Source: Polypterus senegalus
Taxonomy: Eukaryota
NCBI RefSeq assembly: GCF_016835505.1
Contig: NC_053155.1
Span: 74,596,088-74,660,087, forward strand
Direction of reading: 5' to 3'
DNA: 64,000 nucleotides
Shown in pieces: positions 62,200-64,000 of this stretch. The position numbers and the translations under genes are program-made. Numbering within the stretch: position 1 is the stretch's first letter; each line of letters opens with the position of its first letter. Under the pieces are notes generated by a model, which did not search any database, had not been told where the DNA came from, and saw only the letters and a program-made list of their open reading frames with translations.

Positions 62200-63930
62200 G
62201 GTGACATTCCACGTCCCAAGAGCCAGCTTCTGTAGACGAGGATCGGACCGCCAAGGTCCCCGCCTTCAGCCAACACCCAACTCACTCTGCACCCGACCTC
62301 CTTGGCCCCTCCCATAGGTGGTGAGCCCATGGGAAGGTGGACCCATGTTACCTCTTCGGGCTGTGCCTGGCCGAACCCCATGGGTGTCTCAGGAGGGGGA
62401 AGCAGTGCAGTGTCAACACCGTATATGGTGCTCACCTCGACTCGGGACATTGTGGGTCGGTGGGGGGAGTACTTCGGGTGGATGAGATACGCTCGGAGTT
62501 CCTTAAGGCTCTGGATGTTGTAGGACTGTCTTGGTTGACATGTCTCTACAATATCGCATGGACAGTGCCTCTGGATTAGCAGACCGGGGTGGTGGTCCCC
62601 CTCTTTAAAAAGGGGGACCGGAGGGTGTGTTCCAACTACAGAGGGATCACACTCCTCAGCCTCCCAGGGAAAGTCTGTTCGGGGGTTCTGGAGAGAAGGG
62701 TCCGTCGGATAGTCGAACCTCGGATTCAGGAGGAACAGTGTGGTTTTCGTCCTGGTCGCGGAACAGTGGACCAGCTCTACACCCTTAGCAGAATCCAGGA
62801 GGGTGCATGGGAGTTTGCCCAACCAGTCTACATGTGTTTTGTGGACTTGGAAAAGGCGTTCGACTGTGTCCCTCGGGGAATCCTGTGGGGGTGCTCCAGG
62901 AGTATGGGGTACCAGACCCCCTGATAAGGGCTGTTCGGTCCCTGTACAACCAGTGTCAGAGCTTGGTCTGCATTGCCGGCAGTAAGTCGAGCCCGTTTCC
63001 AGTGAGAGTTGGACTCCGCCAGGGCTGCCCTTTGTCACCGATTCTGTTCATAACTTTTATGGACAGAATTTCTAGACGCAGCCAGTTGAAGGGGTCTGGT
63101 TTGGTGGACTCAGGGTTGGGTCACTGCTTTTTGCAGATGATGTCCTGTTTGCTTCATCAGACCGTGATCTTCAGCTCTCTCTGGAGCGGTTCGCAGCTGA
63201 GTGTGAAGCGGCTGGGATGAGAATCAGCACCTCCAAATCCGAGACCATGGTCCTCAGCCGGAAAAGGATGGAGTGCCCTCTCAGGGTTGAGGGTGAGATC
63301 CTGCCCCAAGTGGAGTTCAAGTATCTCGGGGTCTTGTTCACGAGTGAGGGAAGAATGGACCGCGAGATTGACAGGCGGATCGGTGCGGCATCTGCAGTGA
63401 TGCGGGCTCTGCATCGGTCTGTCGTGGTGAAAAAGGAACTGAGCCGTAAGGCAAAGCTCTCAATTTACCAGTCGATCTACGTTCCTACCCTCACCTATGG
63501 TCATGAGCTATGTGTAGTGACCAAATGAACGAGATCGCGAATACAAGCGGCTGAAATGAGTTTCCTCCGCAGGGTGTGTGGGCTTTCCCTTAAAGATAGG
63601 GTGAGAAGCTCAGTCATCCCGGAGGGGCTCAGAGTAGAGCCGCTGCTCCTCCGCATTGAGAGGAGTCAGATGAGGTGGCTCGGGCATCTGATCAGGATGC
63701 CTCCTGGACGCCTCCCTGGCGAGGTGTTCCGGGCACGTCCAACCGGGAGGAGGCCCCGGGGAAGACCCAGGACACGCTGGAGGGACTATGTCTCTCGGCT
63801 GACCTGGGAACGCCTTGGGATTCTCCCGGAAGAGCTGAAAGAAGTGGCCGGGGAGAGGGAAGTCTGGGCCTCTCTGCTTAAGCTGCTACCACCGCCACCT
63901 GACCCCGGATAAACGGAAGAGGATGGATGG
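62200..63930 (+). mobile_element. LINE family 'a' copy with the RT domain and ORF2 C-terminus, 5'-truncated, ending in a (GGAT)n tail
   Basis: ORFs at 62589-62924, 62807-63220, 63217-63528 and 63556-63912 read VVPLFKKGDRRVCSNYRGITLLSLPGK...FRPGRGTVDQ...VDLEKAFDCVPRGILW...GLRQGCPLSPILFITFMDRI...RWLGHLIRMPPGRLPGEVFRARPTGRRPRGRPRTRW across three frames. The same family is at 23700-24730. Confidence 0.85.
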
Positions 63931-64000
63931 ATGAATGTGTTATGATGCAACATTTCAAAAATGACATCAGCAGTGAGCACTCATTGGTGAGTTTAATAAA

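Noticed and set aside
62157-63038. This is a 293-aa ORF on the minus strand, the longest in the window.
   Set aside because: It is antisense to the LINE 'a' RT domain. The sense strand carries clear RT motifs (FRPGRGT, VDLEKAFD, GLRQGCPLSP). The ORF is proline- and glycine-rich, has no domain signature, and is a GC-driven spurious frame.
1-64000. A prokaryotic reading of the window was considered, including CRISPR arrays, operons, defence islands and terminators.
   Set aside because: The window shows GT-AG introns, vertebrate gene homologs, CpG depletion with a CpG island, and SINE, LINE, Tc1 and Helitron content. This is vertebrate nuclear DNA. The ORF-track proteins are overwhelmingly TE fragments or chance frames.

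Overview
This window is vertebrate nuclear DNA, most likely from a ray-finned fish, not prokaryotic. It is AT-rich and intron-dominated, with GT-AG spliced exons, a CpG island, tRNA-derived SINEs and LINE, Tc1/mariner and Helitron remnants. There is no CRISPR array, operon or rRNA/tRNA gene. Two host genes sit head-to-head. CENPJ/CPAP is on the minus strand: its first coding exon is at 13589-14039 (N-terminus MSVTAELQTQMNFLARWMPSTSRAGVILN...), the next exon is at 10554-10667, and two more are at 2933-3205 and 2297-2465; the gene continues past the left edge. PARP4 (vault PARP) is on the plus strand: the ATG exon is at 45668-45802 (MGIFKDCSIVLELKNLPIKEKNNLKALIKENGG, BRCT-like), followed by exons at 47569-47758, 50379-50463, 52517-52595 and 59321-59431. 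A CpG island with a GC box and a GTAAGT donor near 30.7 kb is a likely non-coding first exon. CENPJ and PARP4 lie close together on human 13q12, which supports both identifications. Everything else is transposon-derived: three L2-type LINE copies and several 3'UTR-only copies, two copies of a second LINE family ending in a (GGAT)n tail, three DANA-like SINEs with a similar tail, Tc1-like elements (one nearly complete with about 180-bp TIRs), a mariner fragment, an L1-type 3' fragment, a MITE, and an internally deleted Helitron Rep/Hel remnant inside a PARP4 intron. The observations most worth a second look are: (1) an intronless-looking 162-aa OTU-family cysteine-protease ORF at 43027-43513 with its own TATA box and a CpG-retaining upstream block, in a TE-rich interval; (2) a roughly 1.2-kb inverted duplication (21370-22645 and 26222-27400) whose outer ends and right flank carry a cluster of CCGGAAGT (ETS/GABP-like) repeats and palindromes; (3) the Helitron remnant with adjacent 62-bp tandem repeats; (4) a SINE/LINE pair with a similar 3' tail, and two LINE copies truncated at the identical 5' nucleotide.
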